A stretch of DNA of 64,000 bases from NCBI GenBank assembly GCA_965657355.1, contig CBFHOE010000005.1:64001-128000 (forward strand). Reading direction: 5' to 3'. The DNA comes from Limisphaerales bacterium. Lineage in GTDB: Bacteria; Verrucomicrobiota; Verrucomicrobiia; Limisphaerales; JAJOIW01. Below are positions 12,296 to 22,173 of this stretch, piece after piece; the stretch's first letter is position 1; each line of letters begins with the position of its first letter. The notes under the pieces are model-generated. The model had not been told where the DNA came from, ran no database searches, and was given only the letters and a program-made list of their open reading frames with translations. The translations under genes were made by a program, and so were the position numbers.

Positions 12296-12835
12296 CTATT
12301 TACTGGAGAATTGTTCATCTTTGTTTTTAAAGAGAATATTAAAAGTTGTTAGAGATCCGTATGATTTTGAGATATATTGCTGAAGCTCAAATTTTTCTCC
12401 TTCACTCAAGCCTTTGTGGGAATTAATTTTTTGCTCCAATACCCTGAGATTATTTCTCACCATGGTAATTTTGTGAAAGAAAGTATCGATTGAGATATTT
12501 TTCGACTGTGATGAAGAATTTTGAGGCTGCAAGATAATGTTTCCACCCTCCCATTTGCTAGCCAGGCCTTCAATTGGAGAGTTTGAGTTTTGAAGGCCAA
12601 GATTTTCAATAGTTTCCTCTACAACTTTTTGTATCAAGAGGCCAAGAGATTGATTGAGGCCCTGAACATTTACTTGTGGCTCAGCGGGTTCAACGCCTGA
12701 TGAGTCAGGGCTAACAGTTTTTAGGACTCCATCAAATTCGATATCTGCCGCCTGTTGACGTATCGCCACTACTTCACCGTTACCATACATGGGATGACGG
12801 ATTTTCATTCCAATGGTAAGATCATTGATTTTCAT
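12296..12835 (-). CDS. conserved hypothetical protein with SH3/Tudor-like N-terminus
   Basis: 179-aa ORF; N-terminal GMKIRHPMYGNGEV, C-terminal FFHKITMVR..LRVLEQKIN...QQYI...YGSLTTFN. Confidence 0.75.
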   Translation of the reverse strand: MKINDLTIGMKIRHPMYGNGEVVAIRQQAADIEFDGVLKTVSPDSSGVEPAEPQVNVQGLNQSLGLLIQKVVEETIENLGLQNSNSPIEGLASKWEGGNIILQPQNSSSQSKNISIDTFFHKITMVRNNLRVLEQKINSHKGLSEGEKFELQQYISKSYGSLTTFNILFKNKDEQFSSK

Positions 12836-12879
12836 ATTTTACACACAAATGCTAAAGTTTATCTGATTAAATCAATAAA

Positions 12880-14490
12880 TTAGGGTTTCCAATTTTGATC
12901 AGGCACTCCTTTGGCAAAATCAACTACTACAGTATTTTCACTCATAGGCCCCGGAGTGGATCTGCCATTCGCGACGTATCGGGATAGAATATCGTAAAGC
13001 TCTTTTACTTTTTCAGGATACTTGGCATGTAAATTTTTTGATTCGGAGGGATCTGTTTTGAGATTGTATAGCTGAACAGGAGGAAGGGTCTTTGATTCTC
13101 TAGAACCTGGCTTGGGCTGACTCCAGCCGCCAGATCCGGGACAAAGAGATAATTTCCAATTTCCACTCCTTACAGCAAAGGATCCATTAATTGAGTGATG
13201 AACAACCGCACGCCGTTTACCCAGAAAATCAACATGAGTCATCTCCGTGTCACCTTTTATGATTTTCAAAAATGAGAAACTATCTTCGCCTGTTTTTGAA
13301 TCTACCGCTTGACCAGCTATCTCAGCACAAGTCGAGAGAAAGTCTGTCTGACATATCAAACTGTCGGATCTACTCCCAGCCGCCACCTGTCGTGGCCAGT
13401 GAACGATAAATGGAACCCTGTGCCCACCTTCGTAAATGTCGGCTTTATGCCCTCTCCAAGGAGCGTTAGCGAAGTGTCCCTTACCCTCCATCTCTTTTAG
13501 GTTGGCAGCAGGTGAGCAACCATTGTCGGTCGAGAAGATAAATAGAGTATCCTCAAGTATATCATTTCTTTGGAGGCATCTGTAAACGGTCCCCACCAAT
13601 TGATCGACTTGCATAGTAAAATCACCATAGTCATTTAACTGACTACGGCCAACCCACTCAGACGAAGGGACTATTGGGGTATGTGGTGCAGCTAGAGGAA
13701 CATATAGAAAAAAAGGTTTCCCGCTTTTTGAGTCAGGAGCCCACTTATTAATTTTCCTTATAGTTTCATAAGCCAATCTGGGCATGACGTCGACAGCTTC
13801 AAAATCAATATCCGCTGGCCCTTTGCGATTAAATGCTTTTTCAACTACTTGAGTAACAAGTGGCCTGTCATTTCTTATGTAAACATAAGGCGGCATATCC
13901 AAAGAGGCACTAATTCCAAAGAAGTGATTAAATCCTAAACTTGTTGGACCTTGGGTGATTGGTTTTGAAAAATCCACGGCCCAGCCCTGTCTGTATTTTG
14001 ATTTCCAAGTATTCCCGTCGTCGGCAATCCCATCAGTCAAAAGAGGCCAATTCATTCCGAGGTGCCATTTCCCGATGCAGCTTGTGTGATATCCTGCACT
14101 CTGAAGAATATTAGCAACAGTTGATCTTCCATCTTCGATGAGTCTTTTGGAAAACCCCCAGGTGACACTGGCCTGTAATCTTGATCTCCAATTGTATCGA
14201 CCGGTCAATAATGCATAGCGAGTGGGAGTGCAGACCGATGAACTTGTGTGAGCATCAGTAAAAACCATTCCTCCTTTGGCTAATTTATTGAGATGTGGAG
14301 TCGGTATTTTGCTATTGCGGTTGTATGCCTCGACATCTCCATAGCCCATATCATCAGCTAAAATAAAAATGATGTTAGGGGGCTTTTCCTCGGATTCCAT
14401 TGCCTGGAGGTTTGAGCCGAGTAAGTTTATCGTAAGAATAAGAAAAATCAGAAGGTGCAGAGATTTCTCTTTATTTGAGATTTTGGCCAT
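12880..14490 (-). CDS. secreted arylsulfatase (family S1, Cys-type)
   Basis: Signal peptide, PNIIFILADDMGYGD, CTPTR formylglycine motif followed by LLTGRY, GKWHLG, DNG, YEGGHRVP. Confidence 0.93.
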   Translation of the reverse strand: MAKISNKEKSLHLLIFLILTINLLGSNLQAMESEEKPPNIIFILADDMGYGDVEAYNRNSKIPTPHLNKLAKGGMVFTDAHTSSSVCTPTRYALLTGRYNWRSRLQASVTWGFSKRLIEDGRSTVANILQSAGYHTSCIGKWHLGMNWPLLTDGIADDGNTWKSKYRQGWAVDFSKPITQGPTSLGFNHFFGISASLDMPPYVYIRNDRPLVTQVVEKAFNRKGPADIDFEAVDVMPRLAYETIRKINKWAPDSKSGKPFFLYVPLAAPHTPIVPSSEWVGRSQLNDYGDFTMQVDQLVGTVYRCLQRNDILEDTLFIFSTDNGCSPAANLKEMEGKGHFANAPWRGHKADIYEGGHRVPFIVHWPRQVAAGSRSDSLICQTDFLSTCAEIAGQAVDSKTGEDSFSFLKIIKGDTEMTHVDFLGKRRAVVHHSINGSFAVRSGNWKLSLCPGSGGWSQPKPGSRESKTLPPVQLYNLKTDPSESKNLHAKYPEKVKELYDILSRYVANGRSTPGPMSENTVVVDFAKGVPDQNWKP

Positions 14491-14672
14491 ACAAATAGCT
14501 CATATCCTAAATCCGGTCGTCCTACAAGCAACTATGCCTTTTTGAGGAGATCAAAATGTCTCATATGCACATATCGTGTATTACAAATGAAAACGCATTG
14601 GAATTATATTGCGAAGTGTTATGATGTACAGGAAACCGGTCGTAGCAAAGTAAAGCCATTTTACAGGAGACA

Positions 14673-15713
14673 GTGAATACCCACGATTCAAGCAAGAAAA
14701 TCCCAGAATCAGAAAAAAGCAGTGACCGCTCAATCCCATTCAGGAGTGATGGTATTCTTTCACAAAAGGAACTCGAGATCTTCACCAAAAAGAATACAGC
14801 TTTGTCTTATGACCCATTACAAGCCGGCTGGATCCTGAAAGAAAGCCGTAATGACCTGATAGGATTTCGAGAATGCTTACCCAAAAAATCAAATTCCTCC
14901 TCGTTTCTTGAAAGCAGACGTCGTGACTTATTAAATGGCCACATGGCAGAAATCCAGAGGGCATGGATTCCGGAGCTGAGAAGGTTGAGAACGATTTTGG
15001 AATCCAATGAGGTAAGCATTTCGGAAATACTTTTGGAGGCCACCGAGGCGTTTGATCGTCTAACAAATAAAGAGTTTGAATCTGTTGAAATTGAGTTAGA
15101 AGATCATTTTAGAACTCAGTTACTATGCTCGTTATTTGCGACGAATCGCCTATCACAAGAATTTAAAAGCAAACACATAACCTTTAGAAATTGGGAAGCC
15201 AATGATTTGGAGGATTACCACTCATTTCTTAATCAAGAGGAAATGTGGCACTGGATTCCTGATGCTATGCCAGAACCTTTCACCAAAGAAATCGCACGCC
15301 AATTTTTGGACTTAGCTATGCGGTCAGGCAGGCATGATGTAAATGCAATCGAATTCAAGGGAGAACTTGTTGGGCAGATTAGATTATTACACGACCCTCC
15401 GAGCAAGATTGAAGGATTTCTTGAAAAAGCCCCATATCGGGTAGCCGAAATTTCATTCTGGATAGGTAAGCCGTTTTGGGGACAAGGGATTATGAAATCA
15501 GCCCTCAGTTCTTATATGACGGAGTTGAGTAGGACGAAGGAATGGGATGCGGTATACGCTTGGATACACCCCGGAAATGTGGCTTCTGCCAAAGCGATCG
15601 AAAATGCGGGTTTTGTTCGTGATCCATGGGGGCTAGAATCCAGAGTCGCATCTTTTATGAGAATAGACGGGTATCTTCGATTCTTTAACTTTTTTTCAAA
15701 AAAGGAAAAATAA
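14673..15713 (+). CDS. GNAT (RimJ/RimL-type) N-acetyltransferase with N-terminal extension
   Basis: C-terminal EISFWIGKPFWGQGIM acetyl-CoA motif and HPGNVASAKAIENAGF; the GTG start is uncertain. Confidence 0.75.
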   Translation: MNTHDSSKKIPESEKSSDRSIPFRSDGILSQKELEIFTKKNTALSYDPLQAGWILKESRNDLIGFRECLPKKSNSSSFLESRRRDLLNGHMAEIQRAWIPELRRLRTILESNEVSISEILLEATEAFDRLTNKEFESVEIELEDHFRTQLLCSLFATNRLSQEFKSKHITFRNWEANDLEDYHSFLNQEEMWHWIPDAMPEPFTKEIARQFLDLAMRSGRHDVNAIEFKGELVGQIRLLHDPPSKIEGFLEKAPYRVAEISFWIGKPFWGQGIMKSALSSYMTELSRTKEWDAVYAWIHPGNVASAKAIENAGFVRDPWGLESRVASFMRIDGYLRFFNFFSKKEK

Positions 15714-15729
15714 ATTCCCTCATTTATCT

Positions 15730-16689
15730 ATGCACGAGGATAAATTTTTATCAGTCGAGATCGGGGGGACCAAACTCCAAGTTGCACTGGGGTATGGAAG
15801 CGGGACAATCATAAAAAAAGAAATCATACCTGTTTACCCGGCAAAGTCGGCCCGTGAAATACTCAGCAAATTAAAAAAACCATTACTTGATCTGATTGAG
15901 GATGATCTACCCAAAGCAATCGGAGTCGGCTACGGTGGCCCTGTCAATCGGTTTGAAGGGTCCATCATCTGCTCTCATCAAATTGAAGGATGGGAAGGGT
16001 TTCATTTAAAAAAATGGTTCGAAGAAACATCCTCAGTCAAAACAATTATTGAAAATGATGCTAATGTCGCAGCACTAGGTGAGGCGTTATCAGGCGCTGG
16101 AAAAGAATCAGCTAGCACTTTTTATATCACACTCGGCAGTGGCGTAGGTGCAGGATTCGTTAAAAACAAAAAAATTTTTCATGGGGAACACCCGACAGAA
16201 ACTGAGTTTGGCCACATAAGAATCGACAAATCCGGCGAAACTGTTGAATCAAGATGCTCTGGCTGGTCAGTAGACAATCAATTAATAGCCGCCTACAAAA
16301 AAACAGCTTCCACCGAACTTAAGGTTTCCTTGGAATCCTATCATCAAAAAACGGGACATAAAGGAGGGGAAGCGAGCGTATTAAGAGAACTCATTAATAA
16401 AAACAACGCCGAAGCCCTCAGGATTATGGAAGAACTCTCGGAGAATCTTGCCTTTGCGCTGAGTCATGTCGTACACCTGCTAAACCCGGGTATCGTCACT
16501 TTCGGAGGCGGGCTCAGCAAACTGGGATCAGCACTCACTGAAAAAATTGAGTTAAAGCTGAGGAGATACACAATGGAGGCTATTTCAGAAATACCCTCAA
16601 TCAAGACCTCTGAATTAGGAGACGAAGTCGTACCATGCGGCGGTCTCATTCTCGCCTCGCAATATCATCATCAATCTGATGATTGCTGA
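15730..16689 (+). CDS. ROK-family sugar kinase
   Basis: EIGGTK, ENDANVAALGE, TLGSGVGAG, EFGH, E..CSG, GGG. Confidence 0.88.
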   Translation: MHEDKFLSVEIGGTKLQVALGYGSGTIIKKEIIPVYPAKSAREILSKLKKPLLDLIEDDLPKAIGVGYGGPVNRFEGSIICSHQIEGWEGFHLKKWFEETSSVKTIIENDANVAALGEALSGAGKESASTFYITLGSGVGAGFVKNKKIFHGEHPTETEFGHIRIDKSGETVESRCSGWSVDNQLIAAYKKTASTELKVSLESYHQKTGHKGGEASVLRELINKNNAEALRIMEELSENLAFALSHVVHLLNPGIVTFGGGLSKLGSALTEKIELKLRRYTMEAISEIPSIKTSELGDEVVPCGGLILASQYHHQSDDC

Positions 16690-18311
16690 TTATTCGGCCC
16701 GTCTCCTGCTTTTTGGTAGCTCTCAACCACCCAACTGCTCAGCACTTTTTCTGGATTCCCCACTTCGCCAAGTCCCATCTCAAAAACTTTTTTGCCTGTG
16801 TTTTTGTGGACCAACTGGAGTCCAAACTGGAAGTCGCGAAACTTTTCATCACAAAGCTGAGTTGCGGTGAGTTGCTGAACTTTTGCCTGATTGATGAGGA
16901 ACGAGCTGGCCTCGTCGGTGAGCTTTAGTTCGAGACCGTATTTTGTTGAGAATTCTTGAAAATAATTCTGGATCTCAGCCATTTGCCGAGAGTCCATCTC
17001 AGATTTGACCGATTTTAATAACTCATCGAGTTTTTCTGATGGATTTTCAACGAGATGTGTGTCGACTTCTAAATGTTTAATCGAGGTCGATGGAAGTTCG
17101 TATTTGAATCCACGAAAAACCTTCTCGCAAATAGTCATTAATCCCCTGGCCCCTGTCTTTTCTTCAGCCGCATATTCCGCGATGCGCTTGAGGGCGTCGT
17201 CGTGAAATTGCGCATCAATGCCATAAGAGCTAAATGATTCTTTATATTGTTGAAGGATAGATCCTGCTGAATATTTGAGGATTTGAAATAAGTCTGTCGG
17301 ACTAAGCTGATGGCAAACGACTCGGGCTGGCAGTCGCCCTGTAAATTCGGGCTCGAAGCCATATTTAATCAAATCCTGAGTATTGACGAAACGCAGCGTT
17401 TTGTATTCCTCATCGGTATCTTCAATTTCGGCAGCAGGAGCACCAAAACCAATACTTCCCTGAGACATTCTCTTGGAAATGATTCTCATAAGCCCCTCAA
17501 AAGCTCCGCTTACTACAAATAAAATATGTCTAGTATTTATGGTATTTCGATTTTTTTTCCCCCCCGACTTACCCGGCCCCGAGAGATTGACAAGCATTTG
17601 AAATTGTCCTGATATGTCATTTGGAGACCGGGCTGAGACCTCAGTTTCTTCCATTAATTTGAGAAGGTTGGTCTGCACGCCGCGACCGCTAACATCTCTT
17701 CCACTGCTGTCTCCAGCACCAGCAATTTTATCGATCTCATCGATATAAATAATACCATACTGGGCCTTTTCCACGTCACCGTCTGCTTGTCTGAGTAAAT
17801 CTCTTACGAGGTCATCTACATCTGCTCCTACGTATCCTGTTTCAGAAAATTTTGTAGCATCAGCTTTCACAAAAGGAACACCGATCAAATCTGCTAGACT
17901 CCTGATGAGGTAGGTTTTCCCAACACCTGTTGGCCCCAAAAGTAGGATATTTTGTTTGGTATAATTCTTCGATACTTTGTCGGGATCCTCACCGTCCTTT
18001 TCGGCTTTTATGACCTTGTGAACTTGATTGTAATGATCACATAACGCAACAGACAAAGCCATTTTGGCTTCATCCTGTCTTATAACAAATTTATCCAAGT
18101 GATCTTTGACGTCTCTGGGTTGAAGAGAAAAATTTAATTCCTCTTCGAGATCATGCTCTTCCTCCTCAGGTTGAGGAGGATCATTGGTAAAACCAGCTTG
18201 GTTTGGAGTATTTCCAGGTGTTCCAGCACCCGGAGGAAATGGAAAAGATCCGGAGGAACCGAATTTTTTCATCATTTCTTGAAGTTGTTTTTGAAATTCT
18301 TCTGGAGTCAT
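16671..18311 (-). CDS. ClpX-like AAA+ unfoldase lacking the N-terminal zinc-binding domain
   Basis: GPTGVGKT, DATKFSETGYVG, IIYIDEIDKI, RDVSGRGVQ, SIGFG loop, PEFTGRLP, TGARGL; no C4 zinc finger. Confidence 0.88.
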   Translation of the reverse strand: MTPEEFQKQLQEMMKKFGSSGSFPFPPGAGTPGNTPNQAGFTNDPPQPEEEEHDLEEELNFSLQPRDVKDHLDKFVIRQDEAKMALSVALCDHYNQVHKVIKAEKDGEDPDKVSKNYTKQNILLLGPTGVGKTYLIRSLADLIGVPFVKADATKFSETGYVGADVDDLVRDLLRQADGDVEKAQYGIIYIDEIDKIAGAGDSSGRDVSGRGVQTNLLKLMEETEVSARSPNDISGQFQMLVNLSGPGKSGGKKNRNTINTRHILFVVSGAFEGLMRIISKRMSQGSIGFGAPAAEIEDTDEEYKTLRFVNTQDLIKYGFEPEFTGRLPARVVCHQLSPTDLFQILKYSAGSILQQYKESFSSYGIDAQFHDDALKRIAEYAAEEKTGARGLMTICEKVFRGFKYELPSTSIKHLEVDTHLVENPSEKLDELLKSVKSEMDSRQMAEIQNYFQEFSTKYGLELKLTDEASSFLINQAKVQQLTATQLCDEKFRDFQFGLQLVHKNTGKKVFEMGLGEVGNPEKVLSSWVVESYQKAGDGPNNQQSSD

Positions 18312-18437
18312 ATTTCTTTAATCTTCACGACCGGTGTCACGTCAGGTAAGTTCATGGATATTACCTAAAAATAAAATTATAATTTTCCCTGGAATTCGTA
18401 ATCCTCCATTTTCAGGGATTGAATTCAGTCTAAGATC

Positions 18438-20138
18438 ATGAGCGATCAAAATACAACTATCGAATCGAATCGGCAGGCCATTGTTGAGTCCAAACAAAAG
18501 GGCACTATAGCAACATTATTGACGTATACCAAACTTTCTGGGCCGGGGTGGCTGCAGAGTGCTATCACACTTGGAGGCGGATCCTTGTCTGGAGCCCTTT
18601 ACCTCGGTGTCATTGCTGGTTTCTCTCTACTTTGGGTGCAAGCCCTAGCTATGATATTGGGGATTGTTATGCTCTCGGCGATTTCGTGGTTCACGCTTTC
18701 CACAGGAAAAAGGCCTTTTAGAGCAATAAATGATCATATCAACCCTGTTTTAGGTTGGAGTTGGGCAGTAGCAACACTGATGGCCAACGTGGTCTGGTGC
18801 ATGCCACAATTTGCTCTTTCTACGGCAGCCATCTCTCAAAACCTCATGCCATCTCTATCGGCCGAAGGAGGCCCAACAGATGCTACAAAAGCAGTCATTG
18901 TATTGGTCATTTTTGTAATATGTGGAAGTATCATCTTTTTTTACGATAAAGGATCCAAAGGAGTACAAGTATTCGAAATTATCCTCAAAATAATGGTTGG
19001 AATCGTCGTTTTGAGTTTTTTCGGAACCGTGGTTAAGATGGCAACATCAGACCAGGGCCTCGATTGGAGTAGTATATGGGGAGGATTCATACCGAATTTC
19101 AACTATTTCACTCAGCCATCCCCGACATTTGCTCCATTTTTGGAAGCTACGGGTGATTTCAGCCAATTTTGGAACGATAAAATAGTTAAAAGCCAAAGAG
19201 ATATCATGATTACCGCAGCAGCAACTGCAGTGGGAATCAATATGACCTTCCTCCTCCCCTATTCAATGCTCAAAAAAGGGTGGAGTAAAGAGTTTCGCGG
19301 TCTGGCAGTATTCGATTTATCCACCGGGCTATTTATACCATACATCGTCGCAACGACTTGCGTCGTCATTTGCTCAGCCAGCCAGTTCCACGGCAATGTA
19401 AGAAGCGATATGGTCGAAAATTTTGGGAACAAAACTTACATGGGAATATTGGAGTCTAGAATATTACAAGAGGACCCCGAGGCTTTAAATGACAAGAACG
19501 GCCAAAAACTAATTGGAACAGGACTGGCTGAAAAGCGCCTTGAATTGGCCAAATCGCTGCCTATGGCTGATTTGGAAATGGGAGCGCTTCTAGTGAAAAG
19601 AGATGCCAACAACTTGGCTATCGCCCTTTCGCCGCTAACCGGAGAAGCTTTTGCCAATAAAATATTCGGAATTGGGGTTCTGGGAATGGGGGTTTCTACC
19701 ATCATTATCTTGATGCTCATCAATGGTTTCACCATTTGTGAGATGTTAAATATAAAACCAGAAGGCAAACCCCATTTATTTGGAGCCTTATTAGTTGGAC
19801 TAGTAGGCATGAGCGGACCGTTTATTTGGTCGAAAGCGAGCACAGAGCTTGCCATTCCAACCTCAACATTTGGCTTTGTCCTCCTTCCTGTGGCATTTAT
19901 AACCTTCGCACTACTTGTTAATCACAAAGGGCTGATGGGCAATAACAGGCCTAAAGGGGCTGCAAGACTGGTTTGGAACATCCTCATGGGAATCGCTGTT
20001 GCCTATGCTACCTTGGGATCCGTCTTTAAAATTTGGGATCAAACCAAATGGAATGGAATTTTATTTGTAATTTTGCTTGTCATAGCAGGAATCATCGTGC
20101 ATAAAGTTAAACCACCTAAAAGGGTGGATCAGGATTAA
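18438..20138 (+). CDS. NRAMP/APC-fold-like membrane transporter
   Basis: About 11-12 hydrophobic segments; GPGWLQSAITLGGGSL at the position of NRAMP TM1 (GPG...DPGN). Confidence 0.7.
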   Translation: MSDQNTTIESNRQAIVESKQKGTIATLLTYTKLSGPGWLQSAITLGGGSLSGALYLGVIAGFSLLWVQALAMILGIVMLSAISWFTLSTGKRPFRAINDHINPVLGWSWAVATLMANVVWCMPQFALSTAAISQNLMPSLSAEGGPTDATKAVIVLVIFVICGSIIFFYDKGSKGVQVFEIILKIMVGIVVLSFFGTVVKMATSDQGLDWSSIWGGFIPNFNYFTQPSPTFAPFLEATGDFSQFWNDKIVKSQRDIMITAAATAVGINMTFLLPYSMLKKGWSKEFRGLAVFDLSTGLFIPYIVATTCVVICSASQFHGNVRSDMVENFGNKTYMGILESRILQEDPEALNDKNGQKLIGTGLAEKRLELAKSLPMADLEMGALLVKRDANNLAIALSPLTGEAFANKIFGIGVLGMGVSTIIILMLINGFTICEMLNIKPEGKPHLFGALLVGLVGMSGPFIWSKASTELAIPTSTFGFVLLPVAFITFALLVNHKGLMGNNRPKGAARLVWNILMGIAVAYATLGSVFKIWDQTKWNGILFVILLVIAGIIVHKVKPPKRVDQD

Positions 20139-20165
20139 AAAGTTTTCAGACGTGATGATTTGGTA

Positions 20166-20207
20166 TCAACATGTTTGTTGACAATACTATTGAGATAGTT
20201 CTACTTT
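20166..20207 (+). promoter_or_regulatory. putative sigma70 promoter with an overlapping inverted repeat (operator candidate)
   Basis: TTGACA (20178-20183), 18-nt spacer, TACTTT (20202-20207). TCAACA-N4-TGTTGA (20166-20181) overlaps the -35 box. Confidence 0.5.
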
Positions 20208-20239
20208 ATAAGAGTTAGGGAGAAAGATAGGATTTTTAT

Positions 20240-20953
20240 ATGAATAAACTAACAAACTCAGCAACTAAGCTTGGCCTCACAGCGGCAATTGCCGTGCTGG
20301 CCTCCGTCAACGGTTTCGGGCAGTTTACCGATATCGCATTGTATTCCAATGTTTCAAATTCCTCTGGAGCTGTTTACAACGTCGACAATGGCGTTGAAGT
20401 AGGTGATCAGATAGGACTTGACGCTCAAGGAAAAGCTCTAGGTTATAACATCAAGGGTTTCAGTTTTGAAACTTTTGGTTCAGGTCTTGGCGCAGCCGGC
20501 TCTTCTGATGCAAAAGCTCAGCTAAGATTCTACTCAGCAGGTTCATCGGCTGGAACAGATGTTCAATCTCTTGAGCTCATCACAGCAGCCTTCGAAGTTG
20601 CAGATGGATATCAAACACACAGCATCGCAATCCCTGAAGATGGGGGTTCAAACTACGCAGTTGGTGCAGAAGGTTCATTCTTCTGGACAGTTGAATTTTC
20701 AAACATTCCTGGTGGAGCCTCTGCTGGTCTCACACTCTCAGATCCTCCTACAGTCGGTTCGAGCTTTAACGACTACCTAGAAAACGCAAACCCAGGTAAC
20801 GTAAACACAGTTGAATTCAAACAATTCACTGATGGCTCTGCTGCAAACTTCTCAGCTGTCGCTTTAGGCGATCTCACAGTTCCTGAACCAACAGTTTTAT
20901 CATTAGGCGTTGTTGGTGGAATTGCATTCTTGAGAATGCGTCGCAGAAAGTAA
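20240..20953 (+). CDS. PEP-CTERM sorting-domain surface protein
   Basis: Signal peptide; C-terminal VPEPT, hydrophobic helix, RMRRRK. Confidence 0.92.
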   Translation: MNKLTNSATKLGLTAAIAVLASVNGFGQFTDIALYSNVSNSSGAVYNVDNGVEVGDQIGLDAQGKALGYNIKGFSFETFGSGLGAAGSSDAKAQLRFYSAGSSAGTDVQSLELITAAFEVADGYQTHSIAIPEDGGSNYAVGAEGSFFWTVEFSNIPGGASAGLTLSDPPTVGSSFNDYLENANPGNVNTVEFKQFTDGSAANFSAVALGDLTVPEPTVLSLGVVGGIAFLRMRRRK

Positions 20954-20977
20954 TTGTAGTCTAATTTATTTCTCCCG

Positions 20978-21006
20978 GGGACGTACGTCAGTGCGTCCCT
21001 TTTTTT
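20978..21006 (+). terminator. intrinsic terminator
   Basis: GGGACGTAC-GTCA-GTGCGTCCC followed by a T-run, right after the PEP-CTERM stop. Confidence 0.85.
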
Positions 21007-21012
21007 GTCGTA

Positions 21013-22173
21013 ATGAATCTAGAAGATCGGTTACGAAAGCTTCTGGTAGAATGGTCTGCCCAAGGTCTCACAAGGGAGATCGATTGGGTAAAATCAAGAC
21101 TTGATAAACCAGGCCATAAATCTTCATATGATTTTTCTTCAAATGATTACCTGGGCTTGGCGCAAGACTCATCAGTCCGCTTAGCCATTGAGAGAGGTTT
21201 ATCGGAATTTGGAAATGGAGCGACTTCATCCCGGTTAATAGCAGGATCTCATTCGGTATTCAAAAATCTCGAATATCAATTAGCGGAATGGAAGCAAAAA
21301 GAATCGGCACTTTACTTGAGCAGTGGCTACCAGACCAATATCTCTCTTTTATCTACGATTGCAGGCCCAAATGACCACATTCTTTTCGATAGGCTGGCAC
21401 ACGCGAGTTTAATCGATGGAATCAAGCTATCTGGGGCAAAAAGCAGATCTTTTAGACACAACGATTTAAACGATCTTGCTAAAAAACTGGATAAGATTTC
21501 TCAAAAAAAATCCAGCGAAAGCCTCACTTTCGTGGTTACAGAGGGAATATTCTCGATGGATGGTGATTTTGGACGACTGAAAGAAATTGCAGAACTCAAA
21601 GAAAGCTTTCCATTCAATCTTATCGTCGATGAGGCTCATGGAATTGGGGTCGTAGGCGAATGCGGAAGAGGCTTGTCATCTCAACAAGGAATCGATCAAG
21701 AGGTCGACATAATGATGGGGACTTGTGGAAAAGCGCTTGGTATATCTGGCGGATTCATTTGTGGTTCAAAATTATTGATAAAATGGCTTCAGCAAAAGTG
21801 CAGAGGCTGGGTCTATTCAACAGCACCTCCGCCATTTATCGTTTCTGGCTTGTTAGAAGCTATCGATATCGTAAAGAGTAGCAAGGGAGATGAACTCAGG
21901 AATCGTCTCAGAGAGAATATTTCCTTTGCAAACAGGGCATTTTTTGGAAGCGAGTCGAAAAATAAAAGCCTCTCACCAATAATCCCTTATATTATTGGCG
22001 ATAACTTGAAAGTCCTACAAATCCAGAAAAAACTAAAAAAAGATGGCTATAACGTCGGTGCCATACGTTATCCTTCGGTCGCAAAAAACACCTCTAGACT
22101 CAGAATCACTATTAACGCCAACCACTCGCACTCTTCCATTAATAATCTTGCCGAACTACTTCGATCCATATGA
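21013..22173 (+). CDS. bioF: 8-amino-7-oxononanoate synthase
   Basis: FSSNDYLGL, SGYQTN, HASLIDG, EGIFSMDGD, VDEAHG, GTCGKALG (PLP Lys), RLRITI; ATGA overlap with bioA. Confidence 0.9.
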   Translation: MNLEDRLRKLLVEWSAQGLTREIDWVKSRLDKPGHKSSYDFSSNDYLGLAQDSSVRLAIERGLSEFGNGATSSRLIAGSHSVFKNLEYQLAEWKQKESALYLSSGYQTNISLLSTIAGPNDHILFDRLAHASLIDGIKLSGAKSRSFRHNDLNDLAKKLDKISQKKSSESLTFVVTEGIFSMDGDFGRLKEIAELKESFPFNLIVDEAHGIGVVGECGRGLSSQQGIDQEVDIMMGTCGKALGISGGFICGSKLLIKWLQQKCRGWVYSTAPPPFIVSGLLEAIDIVKSSKGDELRNRLRENISFANRAFFGSESKNKSLSPIIPYIIGDNLKVLQIQKKLKKDGYNVGAIRYPSVAKNTSRLRITINANHSHSSINNLAELLRSI

